A stretch of 64,000 bases of DNA from Mobula hypostoma. Taxonomy: Eukaryota. The stretch lies in the NCBI RefSeq assembly GCF_963921235.1, contig NC_086108.1, positions 16,058,001 to 16,122,000 on the forward strand. The letters are read 5' to 3'. The first letter of the stretch is position 1; the number at the start of each line of letters is the position of its first letter. Of this stretch, positions 49,101 through 61,704 are shown one piece after another. The notes below the pieces were generated by a model. The model did not search any database. It saw only the letters and a list, made by a program, of their open reading frames with translations, and was not told the origin of the DNA. Made by a program: the position numbers and the translations under genes.

Positions 49101-50601
49101 TGTCATGGTCTGGATTGGAGTCCCTTTAAATTTAGCTTGTTTATGTTACGATCTGGACCATTGATCCCGGTTTTCCCGTGTCCCTTGACTTTGGTGATTA
49201 GAGGCAATTAACACTCGGCTGAACCGGTAGTTTATAGTCTCCGGCTTTCAGCCGTTCGGTGCGGGAGCGTCTGCAAAGTCACGGTGTGCCAATGTCATCT
49301 GGCCGGAGCAAGCCTAGTCTCTGCTGAAGCGAGTGCCGGTAATTTGCCCTTCCTCACCGGAGCAACCCTGTCCAGTTACCTCGCCGAAGTGAGCCTGCAA
49401 AGTTTCCTCATCAAGATGGGTCCGTCAGTTAACCCGCCGAAGGGAATCAAGAACCGCTGTCTTCTGTTCCCAGGCCGAGTCGAGAGCTCGCCACTATCCG
49501 GAGGTTCCAAGTCAAGTCCTAGCCCTGGTGGCATTCAAGTACCATGTCAAGTCCTGACCCTGGTGGCATTCAAGTACCATGTCAAATCCTGACCCTGGTG
49601 GCATTCAAGTACCATGTCAAGTCCTGGCCCTGCCCGCTTCCCAGTTCTGAGTCATGTCCTGGCCCTGGCGGTCTGTGATTCCTGTCCTACCCCCTTGTCT
49701 GAAACCCTTCTCTGCCCCTCTCGCCTCTAGCCCTCGTCTGCAGCCCCCACCTGCACTTTGGTCTAGTTCCATCACCGGAGCTAGATAGGTACTGTCTGGT
49801 GTCCATTCGTGTTGGTCTTGTCTTGTCCTCGCCTCCATGGGGTAAGTCAGGCCATCTTGCTGTTGCTCCACGGGGGGTCATGTCTTGTCTAGTCTGGTCC
49901 TTGCCTCCGTGGGGGTAAGTCAGGCCATCTTACTGTTGCCCCACGGGGAGTTCTGTCTTGTCGTGTCTTGTCCTCGCCTCCATGGGGTAAGTCAGGTCAT
50001 CTTGCCGTTGCCCTGCAGGGAGTCATGTCTTGTCCTGACTTGTCCTTGCCTTCGTGGGGTAAGTCAGACCGTCTTGCCGTTGCCCCGCGGAGTGTCATGA
50101 GTCTCGGCCCTATATCCTGTACCCAAGGAGGGGTCCCGGCTCTCTGTTCTGTGTGTGAGTCCTGGCCCTATGTCCTGTACCCAAGGAGGGGTCCCGACTC
50201 TGTGTTCTGTTTATGTGTCCATGGTTCCATGTACCTGCTCTCCCGAGACCAAGGCTCTGTGTTCCCATGTTCCTCCTCTCCCTAGCCCATGTCATGTCCA
50301 TGCCTGGTTCTGGGGTCCGAGCCCGAGGCAAGGCCCAGGTACTGGGTCCTTGCCCAGTCTCGAGCCCAGAGTCCATACCCTAGCCTCTTCATGTCTCCTC
50401 TAGTTCTGGGAGCCGATTCCAAGTCCAAGCCCAGACCCTTGGTCCCAGCCTAGTCGTAGTCCTGAATCCTTATCCTGTTCACTATTCCTGCTTCTGTCTT
50501 GCTCTCCTGGTATCGTACAATAAATTAAACCTAAGTAACCTCACAAGATGTGTCTTGCATTTGGGTCCACCCTTGCTCCCAAAGCCCCCGCCATTGTGAC
50601 A
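49101..50601 (+). mobile_element. Solo LTR (Gypsy-type), ~1.5 kb
   Basis: TGTCA...TGACA termini; perfect 5-bp TSD GCCAG at 49096-49100 and 50602-50606; AATAAA at ~50519; internal 35-bp x3 and ~75-bp x4 repeats. Confidence 0.85.
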
Positions 50602-51574
50602 GCCAGGGAGTCGTTCTGATTTCCATTGAACAACGCCACCATTGCCCTACAGCCATTGGTTTCCACAACAACCTGACTTTACTTTGGTGAGCAGAATGCT
50701 TTCGAACAGTCTCTAATTCCCTTTTCTTTCTTGACGATTCTTTGAAACCTTGACTTCTTTCCAATCCCAAGTACTCTGGACGTTGAGTTGTATCCGGTAA
50801 AGGCAGGGAGAAACAATAGATCATTACAAGCTGCTTCTCCGAGTATCTGCTTAAGGACCTTGATATTACAGGCATTTTTTGTTTTTGCCTTGTCCGAAAT
50901 AGAGTTCAGTGCAGTTTGTTACCATTACATGGTAGAGCAAGAGTACGAGGAGATCTGTGTCTTCTCCAACGAGGGTGGTAGATTTGAAAGCAGACATTGT
51001 GATGGCTGCTTTTGCGATCTCAACGTCGGCATCTCCTTCAGCTTGAATCACTTGCTAGCCTCTCTGTCGCAAATGTTCCATGATGAGCTGGATAATTACC
51101 TGCTTGTTTGCCTCATTCGACAAGAAGCCCTCCTTTTTTCCAACATTTTGTCAACTCTGTGATGTTCACCTTGTTCACATTCAAATTTCTACATTGACGC
51201 TGATGAGTACAGTCCTTTATGCTTGGCCCAACCCCATAACTATCAAACACTACAGTGGCTCTGGCATAGTGTTTGACAATGAATGAGGCGTAGTCCTCTT
51301 CAATTGAACTGTAGGTGCACCCCTCCGTCCATTTTAAGCGGTGCAGAAGTGATCCCCCATCTAGAACACAGTGATCTGTCACTGGGACCATCTGTGTGAT
51401 AGCATTGTCCAATTTGGAGGTGACATAGTTCTTTATCGCTTCTGCCAGTTGTGGCTTATCCGACTGGCACAAGGTGTTCTTTGCTTCAAACAAAGACATT
51501 GGATATGGACAGAGTTCATAGTTCATCACTTTGTCTAGCCAGAGATCACCTGTCTGTGACACAGCTAGGAACCT

Positions 51575-52862
51575 AACATCGGTGGTGGGGAAACTGCTGG
51601 AGTCAGTTATCAAAGATGTGATAACAGCACATTACGAAAGTGGTGAAATCATCGGACAAAGTCAGCATGGATTTGTGAAAGGAAAATCATATCTGACGAA
51701 CCTCATAGAATTTTTTTGAGGATGTAACTAGTAGAGTGGATAGGGGAGAACCAGTGGATGTGGTATATTTTGGATTTTCAAAAGGCTTTTGACAAGGTCC
51801 CACACAGGAGATTAGTGTGCAAACTTAAAGCACACAGTATTGGGGGTATGGTATTGATGTGGATAGAGAATTGGTTGGCAGACAGGAAGCAAAGAGTGGG
51901 AATAAATGGGACCTTTTCAGAATAGCAGGCAGTGACTAGTGGGGTACCGCAAGGCTCAGTGCTGGGACCCCAGTTGTTTACAATATATATTAATGACTTA
52001 GACGAGGGAATTAAATGCAGCATCTCCCAGTTTGCAGATGACACGAAGCTGGGCAGCAGTGTTAGCTGTGAGGAGGATGCTAAGAGGATGCAGGGTGATT
52101 GGATAGGTTAGGTGAGTGGGCAAATTCATGGCAGATGCAATTTAATGTGGATAAATGTGAGGTTATCCACTTTGGTGGCAAGAACAGGAAAATAGATTAT
52201 TATCTGAATGGTGGCCGATTAGGAAAAGGGGAGGTGCAATGAGACCTGGGTGTCATTGTACACCAGTCAGTGAAAGCGGGCATGCAGGTACAGCAGGCAG
52301 TGAAAAAGGCGAATGGTATACTAGCATTCATAGCAAGAGGATTCGAGTACAGGAGCAGGGAGGTACTCCTGCAGTTGTACAAGGCCTTGGTGAGACCACA
52401 CCTGGAGTCTTGTGAAAGACTGGATCAACTAGACTTATACTCTTTGGAATTTAGAAGATTGAGGGGGGATCTGATTGAAATGTATAAAATTCTAAAGGGA
52501 TTGGACAGGCTAGATGCAGGAAGATTGTTCCTGATGTTGGGGAAGTCCAGAATGAGGAGTCACAGTTTGAGGATAAAGGGGAAGCCTTTTAGGACCGAGA
52601 TGAGGAGAAACTTCTTCACACAGAGAGTGGTGAATCTGTGGAATTCTCTGTCACAGGAAACGGTTGAGTCCAGTTCATTGGCTATATTTAAGAGGGAGTT
52701 AGATATGGCCCTTGTGGCTAAAGGGATCAGGGGGTATGGAGGGAAGGCAGGTACAGGGTTCTGAGTTGGATGATCAGCCATGATCACACTGAATGGCGGT
52801 CCAAGCTCGAAGGGCCGAATGGCCTACTCCTGCACCTATTTTCTATGTTTCTATGTTTCTAT
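51575..52862 (+). mobile_element. CR1 LINE (young family), 5'-truncated, with an internal deletion
   Basis: TSD GAACCT at 51569-51574 and 52863-52868; RT motifs; HLES|CERLDQ junction where YCVQFW...GLSY is lost. Confidence 0.93.
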
Positions 52863-53744
52863 GAACCTCTGGAATAACAACACTGGATCTATGGTACGGT
52901 CTTTAGCAACTCTGACTGCCCTGCTGGATGCCAGTGTCTTGACCTTCGAACTCCTTTTGTGTGAATACAAGAAAACAGAGTGTCCGTCTATCTTCCTAAC
53001 TGTGTCATTTCCTATTGCGAACAGGTCATGTACATTGACATCTTCATTTGCATAAACCCCTGTGATGATGTTGCGCAATGATTTATCATCCGAAAATGGC
53101 ATGAAACAGTCCAGTTTTGTTGCGACTTTTTCAAGGTCACCCTCATCTCTACTCACTCTGGAGGTGGACAACTCCTTATGTTGTTCACCTGTTGTGTAAC
53201 TATTCGCGGTCAGTTCTTGCATGGCAAGATTGTAAGATGATGGCACAGTGGAAGACATAGTCCAAGCTGCTCTCTGGTGCTCTAAGATCCCACTTCTTCG
53301 CATTAGGCCCCCTTGGCTTTTTAGTGAGCATATTAGTGTCTGTTCTATCACAAGATCAGAGCCAAGGCCAACCCAGTATTGGCTGCTGCATCTGATTACA
53401 TGGAACCCAGACTGGAACTTCTGATGAACCTCAGGGTTGTCATCCTCCAATGCATGCATCTTCTGGAGATAAAGACGAGCCCATTCACATTTTATACCAC
53501 AATTATTGCACTACCATTGTTAGAAACGTTGAAATATAGCAAAATAAGACAGGTATGGGTCCAATTCTTTTCATTGGTGGCCATTTTTTAACGTCAGATT
53601 TTTTTACTTTCCCATGCTCTGTTTCTGTCCAACTTTTGATATGTTGTTCAGTATGTCTGAAGTACAAGAAATGACCATAAAACTCTTTTATGCAATTTTT
53701 TTGGGGTAGGGGTATTTTGCTGCTATATTGACAGCATTATGGGC

Positions 53745-55770
53745 TGATCTGATTGTAATCTCAACTCCACATTCTCATTCACTCTGATAATCTTTCCTCC
53801 ACTTGCTTATCAAAACTATTTTCCTTTGAATTTAAAATTTTCAAAGACTCACCATCACTGTCCTTTAATGAAAAATATTCCAAAGACATGCGAACTAGAC
53901 AGGGAAATTTTCACTTTGACACCTAAATGTCAAACTTACAAACATTTGTAGTAGGTTCTTCAACAAGAGAAAACCTTCTCCATATTCAACATGTCATGAC
54001 CTCTCTGAATTTTATGTTTCAATCATAGTCTTCTAGTATACTTCTAAACTCTAACAGATTAAAGTATAACCAAATAATTTATTCCTCAGTGGCCAAACTG
54101 TCAATTAGCCTAGTAAACTTCTAGCAAACAGCTTCTAATGCATAAACATCCTTCCTTAAATAAGGAAATCAATAGAAATCAACAGCACAGAAATTGGCCC
54201 TTCAGATTACTATATCCAAGCTTCTATTACACTGTTATAAGACTACTGAATGGTCTCCTTGTACGATGAGGTGGACTCTAGACCTCACAATCTATTTTCC
54301 TATGGCCTTGCACCTTACTGTCCACCTGCACTTTACTTTCTCTGTAACTGTAACATTTTATTCCACACTCCATTATTGCTTTTCCCTTGTCCTACCTTGA
54401 TGTACTGATGTGATGCAAGTATCTGGATGATATTGAAAACGATATGTTTCACTGCACCTAGGTACATGTGACAATAATAAACCAATTGATCTTGCTAACC
54501 ATATTGATCCCATTTCCCAGCACTTGGTCCACAGCCCAGAATGCCTTGGTGATTCATTGGCTCATGGAGGATGTTGTACACAGTGCTCCAGATCCATCAC
54601 CAGTGCCTTAGATTACTGAATCAGGACCTACTTACTTTTGAATACCTACTTTTGTAGTCAATTCCCCTAACAACAAACCCTAATATAATGTAAGCTTTCG
54701 TAAATACTTGTAGTATCTGCATACAAGCCTTTTGCCAGTCATACAGCAGGACAATTAACTGAGTAAACTTCCAGCAGGTTAGACTAGCAAACAACTTCCA
54801 ATGCTTAAGCATCCCTCCTTTAACAAGGAAATCAGCAGAGACTTACGGCACAGATAACTTCATATTTTCCACTTGTACTCCATTCAACAGACCTTTTCCT
54901 AGTTATACAGACCATAAGACCATACGATATACGAGCTGAATTAGGCTATTTGGCCCGTCGAGTCTGCTCCATCATTTCATCACAACTGATCCATTTCCCT
55001 CTCAGCCCCATTCTCCTGCCTTCTCCCCGTAACCTTTTGCATCCTGACTAATCAAGAGCCTAACAACCTCTGTCTTAAATACATCCAATGACCTGACCTC
55101 CACAGCTGCCTGTGGCAATGAATTCCACAAATTTATTACCATGTGGCTAAAGAGATTCCTTCTCATCTCCATTCTAAATGGGCATCCCTCTATTCTGGTC
55201 CTAGACTCCCCCAACAAAGGAAATAATCTTCACATCCACTCTACCTAAGACTTTATACGTTTGATAAGTTTAAATGAGATCTTCCCCCCCGCCCCACCTC
55301 ATTCTTTTAAATTCCAACGAATCATGACTGGAAAGATGTGGAAGCTTAGGAGAGGGTGCAGAAGGGGTTCACCAAGATGCAGCCTGAATTACAGGGAATT
55401 AGTTAAAAGGCTGGACAAACTTGGGTTGTTTTCTCTGGAGCAGAAGATGCTGTGGGGAAGCCTGACAGAAGTTTATAAAATTATGAGAGTAGATTGTCTT
55501 TTTCCTGGGTTAGAAATGTCAAATACTTACAGGAATATTTTAGAGTGAGTGGGTTAACGTTTCGATGAAGTGTGTTGCACAGATCTGTTGCACAGAAGGT
55601 GCCTGGGACACAATGCCAGGGAAGTGGAGGAAGTAGACATGGTCCTGGTATTTAAGACTGGCCCATGAACAGGCAGGGAGTGGAGGGATGGGATTAGCTA
55701 ATTCGGCACAATGGTCAGCACAGACATTGTTGGCCAAACAGTCTCTTCCTGAGATGCTTAGTTCTATTTT
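53745..55770. mobile_element. Cluster of old CR1 and Rex1-type 3' fragments in mixed orientation
   Basis: Degenerate CR1 3' UTR/RT pieces (for example ORF 55002-55217) and a Rex1-like UTR at ~54200-54490. Confidence 0.65.
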
Positions 55771-56104
55771 TCTTGCTTCTGGGAGTCAAAGGTGATTGAT
55801 CAGACATCAAAAGAGTGAGTGCTGGCAACTCAAAGGGGAAAGTGTTGTGACAAGAGGGAATTAGGAGAAATTCTCCCAGCCAGCAGGCAAATGGTTTTAT
55901 GTCCAGTGATTCATTCATTCACACAGGACAAGTGGACAGAACACTAGGAGGATATGGCTTGTCACACCCTGACTGAGCTCGTGGAGAGGAAGTCAGGACA
56001 GTAGGTCAAAGCTCTAACTATGTCAAGCTGACAAACTGCCCTCATACCTATTACAAGGAAATAGTCTCCTGCAGTTTATACTAGGAGAACAACATGGACA
56101 AGTT

Positions 56105-56390
56105 GGAGCAATGTAGTAGCAGAGTGGTTAGCACAACGCTTTAGAGTACAGGTGACCAGGGTTCAATTTCCACTGCTGCCTCTAAGGAACTTGACCATTC
56201 TTTCTGTGACTGTGTGGGTTTCCTCCAAATGCGCTGGTCTGTTCCCACAGTCCAAAGACACACTGGTTGGTAGGTTAATTTGTCATTGTAAATTGTCCAC
56301 TGATTAGGCCAGGGTTAAATCAGGGACTGCTGGGCAGTGCAGATCAGACGACCGGAAAGGTCTATTCCGTTCTATTTGTTAATAAAATAG
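56105..56390 (+). mobile_element. tRNA-derived SINE
   Basis: tagcagagtggtta ... gggttcaattt boxes followed by the shared core. Confidence 0.7.
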
Positions 56391-56667
56391 GCTGGGCCGA
56401 AGGCCCTGTTTCTGTGTTGTACAACTCTATGACTATAACAGAAGAGGTTTACTGGATTCCACCTGGGGCTGCAATTGCCACAGAAATCACAGTGGAATCA
56501 AAGAGGCGGAGGATGGTATTTTGCAAGGGGAAAGGCAATGGCCACAGTCAAGGGGCTAGCACAAGGTGATGGATGAAAATCATCACTTCCTACTGACCTC
56601 AGCATGTTGAACCCTGTCAGTTAAACAATCCAACCCCCTGTGAGGGTTCAGCTCCTTGTGAACTTAC

Positions 56668-56797
56668 TTTCCTTATCATTGTACACTTCATCACGCAGGA
56701 AGCTTTCAAACATTTGGCGCATGTGTGGAGTCTTCATCATACGCAGGAATAGAATTACCATTTTGATCATCTTCTGCAGCTTCTTCCATGCTCGGTT
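56668..56797 (-). CDS. RGSL1: RGSL1-like coding exon B (130 nt)
   Basis: Acceptor ctctctggtgttttag, donor gtaagt. Encodes NRAWKKLQKMIKMVILFLRMMKTPHMRQMFESFLRDEVYNDKE plus 1 nt. Not in the ORF track. Confidence 0.85.
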
Positions 56798-56834
56798 CTA
56801 AAACACCAGAGAGGGCATCACAGATCGGTGCTAC

Positions 56835-57175
56835 GCTCACACGTACCCACAGTCCAACTCACTCTCACTCACAGTCGCAGTGCAACTCACTCTCATGCAC
56901 ACGCAATCCAATTCACTCTGGTGCACACACGGAGTCCAACTCACTTTTGCTCACAGCCACACACACGCAGTTCAGCTCACTCTCGCACAATTGTGCAGTC
57001 CAACTCACTCTCGCATACATGCGCAGTCCATCTCAGTCTCGCTCACAACCGCCGTCCAACTCACTATCGCACACAACTGCAGTTCAACTCACTTCCATCA
57101 CACACAGAGTCCAATTCACTCTCGGGCACACTTGCAGTCCAACTCACTCTCGCTCACACACACAGCCCAACTCAC
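56835..57175. repeat. Degenerate ~27-bp tandem repeat
   Basis: Recurrent CAGTCCAACTCACTCTCGC/CACAC motif. Confidence 0.75.
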
Positions 57176-58782
57176 TTGAGTGTGGGGAAATGAATGGGTG
57201 TTTAGTCTGGGCTGGGTAGGTGGCAGTTTCCGTTCATACGTACCCCGTGACTGCCCGTGTACCAGCCTGGAGGCTAATCCAAGGACCTCCACTTGGAGAT
57301 CAGGGTTCCAAGCTAAATTGCACAACATCAGAGAACTATTTCCAAAGAAATCCCAAACGAGTAATGAAGGTTTGTATTGTGACCCTCCAGCCAGTGGGCA
57401 GATACAGTTCTGAAGCACATCCACACCCACCCAATATGCACAAGTTTACTTATTTAGTTAGAGATACAGCACAGAACAGGCACTTCCAGCCCAGCAACCC
57501 ACCTATTTAACCCTCGCCTAATCACAGGACAATTTAGAATGATTAATTATTTACTAATCGGACTGTGGGAGGAAACTGGAGCACCCAAAGGAAACCCACA
57601 TGGTCAAGGAGAGGACGTACAAACTCCTTACAGACAGCGTCAGAACTGAACTCCAAACTCCGAACGGCAATATCATCGCACCACCGCCACACTACGTGCC
57701 ACAAATACAAGAACATCTTATCTTATCTTACGCACAAGCACATATGCACACAGTTGAAAACTTCCAAAAGAATATGTGCACACATACAAAACATGATGAA
57801 CAGCAATACAGACACGTGTGCATTTGTAGTGCTACTTCCAGATAACCCACTGTATTTTCAGAAATGTCTCCCCTTTTCCAACAGGAAATAGAAGGCAGGG
57901 TCAGCACATGGATCGTCTAAGAACGGGGACTGCTCCACCCCTGGAGGAACGGATGCTGCAGGTCACCGAGCCTGGAACTGTGAGGGGTAGGAACAAGAAT
58001 CGAACAAACAGCCAGGCTGACTTTTCAGATGCTCCTGTCAGTCTGGGGAAATCTCCTTCCCATGCTGCTTTTCTTGGATTTGAAATGACATTGATGGCGC
58101 CAAGTTGCAACTTCCATTAAAGTTGTGGCTCAGTTTCTGTTGTTTTTTTTAGTGGTTTTTCTTGGGATCATGGGGTTGATTTTGGGGATAGAGAGTGATG
58201 TTGGAGGTCAGGTTAGGGTTTAGGGAAATGAAAGGAACTAGAGAACAGGTCAGGGTCTGAAGTCTCAGCTCTGCGTTTGAGAAACCAGCGACACGAAAGT
58301 GGGACACCCATGGACCAGGTTGGGATGTCGAGCCAACAGACCAGTTGGTTGACTCCTTCAGACATCTCAGGGTCACCAGGTTGTCGGAGGGTTCCAGAGT
58401 CAGAGGCAAGAGGAATGAGGGTCAATGACCCCCTGGATTCATGACTCACTGAGACCAAAGTTTGAGCCCTAGTGTTCTGTGATCGGTGATCGTGGTGCTG
58501 ATGCTGAGGATCGAGACTCGAGGGTTGAATCGAAAGCCCAGGTTGGGGTTCCGGGTCTGTGATTCCCTATGGATACACTGGGGTATCTGAAGGCCCAATG
58601 TTTGCAGGTCTGAGTCTTCTGGGTGCTGAAGGCTGAAGGAGATGGTCTGACATTCGCGAGGAAGGTACTCTGACAGGCACTGAGAGGGGTGTGCAGTACC
58701 AGTTCTACAGGAAAGGAGGAAACACTGGCACACTGTATGACACTAGCAAGCAGCAGCCTAGTTTCTGGCATCAGAGCATTGG

Positions 58783-59045
58783 ACGGCATGGTAGCCAAGT
58801 GGTCAGCACAACGCTTCACAGCACCAGTGACGTTGGTTCAATTCCCACAGCTGTCTGAAAGGAGTTTGTACATTCTCCCCGTGATCACTTGGGTTTCCAC
58901 CCACAGTCCAAAGACATATCAGTTAGTAAGTTATTTAGTCACTGTAAATCGTCCTGGGCATAGGCGAAGGTTAGATCAATGGGTTGCTGGGCAGTTCGGC
59001 TCGTTGGACCAAAAGGGCCTGTTCCGTGCTGTATCTCTAAGTAAA
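58783..59045 (+). mobile_element. tRNA-derived SINE
   Basis: ggcatggtagccaagtggtcagc ... ggttcaattccc followed by the shared core. Confidence 0.7.
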
Positions 59046-59771
59046 AGGAGGTTTGATATGAAACTGAGATGGAAGAATGTGCTACGCCTGGCGAGACGCC
59101 AGCCACAAACAGACTGTAGTAAGGTCAGGGGCGGGGGGAGGGTGATGCTAGGGTCCCAGCTCCATGGAGGATAGGTTCGAATGCACACTCTGCTCAGGCA
59201 CAGGAGTGTCTGGCTAAGCACTGCCTTCAGCATCTTGGTCGGACTTGCTAAGCAAGCATACCGAGCTGGGGGGCTGGCATTTTCTCAAACATATCAGATG
59301 CAACAACAGAATTAACACTGAAGCCAGCCTTTCCACAGCCTTATATCAACCCACAACCAAATGCCGAGGACATGGCTGCAGCCTCCAGCCTCGCCACCCA
59401 GAGTATCCATGCTGACAGGCCAAGGAGCAATCCCACAATTCCTTCACAGAACCCACTGCAATGTAACAGATAAGGGCAATACTTTACCTCACTTTCCACT
59501 ACAGGTCTCCATCACAAACTGAAGGGGATGCCCAGCTGAGGTCTGAAGAGGAACTAAAAATTTCCACTCAAAAGGGCCCAAGAGCTGTTCTATGTTTTAC
59601 ATTCTATGTTCTCCATTCCCCCTAGAGACTGGCTGAGCTGCGGAGTATTCAGCATAGATTGCCCATTATTTCACAGCTATGTTCCATCAGAATATTGCTT
59701 CAGTGTTCATAAAGGTCTAAGTTGTGAGGAGTGCTGAATTAACCATGACATGCAGTAATGGGAATTCTCAC

Positions 59772-59868
59772 CGTTCTGCTGAGGGTGTGGATAGACCTGA
59801 AGATATGTACAGAGGAGTCCATGCGATGTTGGGATTCTGCTGGGTACGTTTTCAGGTAGAGCTCAAAC
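59772..59868 (-). CDS. RGSL1: RGSL1-like coding exon A (97 nt; first exon found in the window)
   Basis: Acceptor ttcctctttgtgttggcatag, donor gtgaga. Encodes (x)FELYLKTYPAESQHRMDSSVHIFRSIHTLSRT and ends in phase 0, matching exon B. Resembles the recalled RGSL1 'WFKDYQDLFP' segment. Confidence 0.75.
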
Positions 59869-61704
59869 CTATGCCAACACAAAGAGGAAGTCATACTGCC
59901 ATCCCAGGCATCCTCCAACAGTCGACATAGTTTAGACGAAGTTTCCACACATGCTAGCAGCAAGTTATTTTGAATCTCTACCGGTGAGTGACATGTTAGA
60001 GTTTTCCAAGACATTGCTGGTACATCTGGTCCCTTCTCTCTGTTGGAGGATCTGTGGTATCATTTATTACCCCAAAAAATCCATCCTGCAACTGGTCACT
60101 CCCATTACCCTGCATGGTGGCTGCTTTCGGTAGCACCTACAGAAAACCTTGCAACAACTTATCTTTCACACTACCTCACACAGCTGAACAGCACCAGATC
60201 TCCTCACCTTCCTCTCCAGTCCGGACATCATTCCAACCTGATGCCCTTTGTTGGTGCAATCTCCCTACCCAATTCCTTCATCATGGACATGCCAGGAACA
60301 CCAGAATGAAACATGCGTCCTGAACTGGATTGCTCTACCACTCAAAGGTCCACTTCCTTCACCTCCCAAAGTCTCTCTAGGGTTCCCTGTCCTAATTTGC
60401 AAATTGCATCCTTCCCACCAGGAGCCCTCTCCATATTAACCATGTCTATGAGACCTGCTCCCTTGGTCATATTCTTGCTAAACTACTGACAGCCCAGCAC
60501 CTCTCCTGCACCATGTTTAGCTGGCGCTAGTAAATGTTCCTCATCCTGAGGTTTTGGGCCACAATCAGTCAGGTCATCCTGTCATCTCTACTCCTGAATA
60601 GTCATACTTGATGGAGATCTGTTCCTGCAAGCAAGTTCACCATTGCTGAATACCGCAGTACTCCTCCAGCTCATTGTCATCTCCAAATTTAATCTTCCAC
60701 TGCACCATTTCCACAGATACCACAACCGCTATGACTGAAACACAAATAGAACTGTCTGATTATAACAGAGCCTCAATTTTATTAGCTAATCAAATATTTG
60801 TCACAGCACCTCCTTCTGCCTCTACCCATCCCTTCCTGCTGTCAAGGCATTTTACCTGGTTCCAGATTCCATTTTCAGCTGCCTTGAGTATTCAGTTGTA
60901 ATTGCTTTCCTTCACATTCCCACACCCAAATTTCCATGGAACCACTCTTGGAGCACTCACTTCCTAAAAAAGAAGTCTGTTCCCAAAGTAAAAATGGACA
61001 GCATGGATAGACCACTGACAAACACCAGTATGTCTTCTTTCGTCAGGGAGCACTCTGGCTCTAGCAAACATAATCCTATTAGTTTTAAGGTAGTGATGGA
61101 AAATGATAGGTCAGGTCCACAGGTTAGAATCCTAAACAGGATTAGGGCTCATTTTGGTGGAATTGGGCAAGCTCTAAGATATAGACAGGCTAAACTGGAC
61201 TATGGCTCATTTTGGTGGAATTAGGCAAGATCTTGCAGACATTAACTGGGAAAGCCTGTTTAAAAGGAAAGGACTGAATGACAAGACTGAATGGCTTTTC
61301 ATATGGTGATATCAAGATTCCGGGGGAAGGGTTAATCTGGAAGTTTAGGGAACCCTGGCTGTTTCAAGCTCTCATCAGGAAAATGAAGGAAGCATGGATT
61401 GGGTTTTGGAGGTCGGGGTGTGTGAATCCCTTGAGGACTTTAAAAGATTATCAATAAATTTAAGAGGAGAGAAACAGAGGGTGTAAGATGGATAGGGATG
61501 CAGAGATGATGACAGAGCAGCAAAGGCTGGAATTTCTGGAAGCAATTCAAAAAGTGCAGGATGCATACATCCCAAAGAGGAAGAAGGCAGGATGACACAA
61601 CCGTGGCTCACAAGGGAAGTCAAAGCCAATATAAAAGCCAAAGAGAGGGCAGATAACAGAGCAAAAGTTAGTGGGAAGATAGAGGATTGGGATGCTTTTA
61701 AAAA

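Larger units (their letters stand above)
48687..53482 (-). pseudogene. Academ-like transposase/XPG protein, C-terminal half, fragmented
   Basis: ORFs 52851-53459, 51113-51613, 50866-51051, an unlisted frame at ~50602-50867, and 48687-49106 join across the two nested insertions (LLFQRF|LAVSQ and NDSLA|SIRYN). Stops and frameshifts are present. Confidence 0.82.
48300..53739 (-). mobile_element. TIR DNA transposon with XPG/PIN nuclease and Cys-rich finger, probably Academ (AcademX), deletion derivative
   Basis: Imperfect TIRs of ~110-160 bp share GTCAATATA, ACCCCAAAAAAATTGCA and AACAACATATCAAAAGTTGGACA; termini TAG.. / TAA... Protein motifs: SDLVIEQ, VLDGG, VVFD, EGDAD, GEDTDLL, H3TH-like AFTGYNSTS..GIGKK, and CNC..GC...CTCRK....C...C..C....C.N. 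Confidence 0.8.

Noticed and set aside
48687..49106. Host tesmin/CXC or metallothionein-like gene
   Set aside because: It is the in-frame C-terminus of the TIR-bounded transposon protein.
56788..57219. His/Thr/Ser-rich ORFs
   Set aside because: Translation of a degenerate CA-rich tandem repeat.
57244..57336. Candidate extra exon within ORF 57116-57430
   Set aside because: The open frame has phases incompatible with exons A and B, and there is no recognisable similarity.
59488..59542. Exon-like segment with AG/GT boundaries
   Set aside because: Stops or incompatible phase in every frame; exons A and B already join in phase 0.
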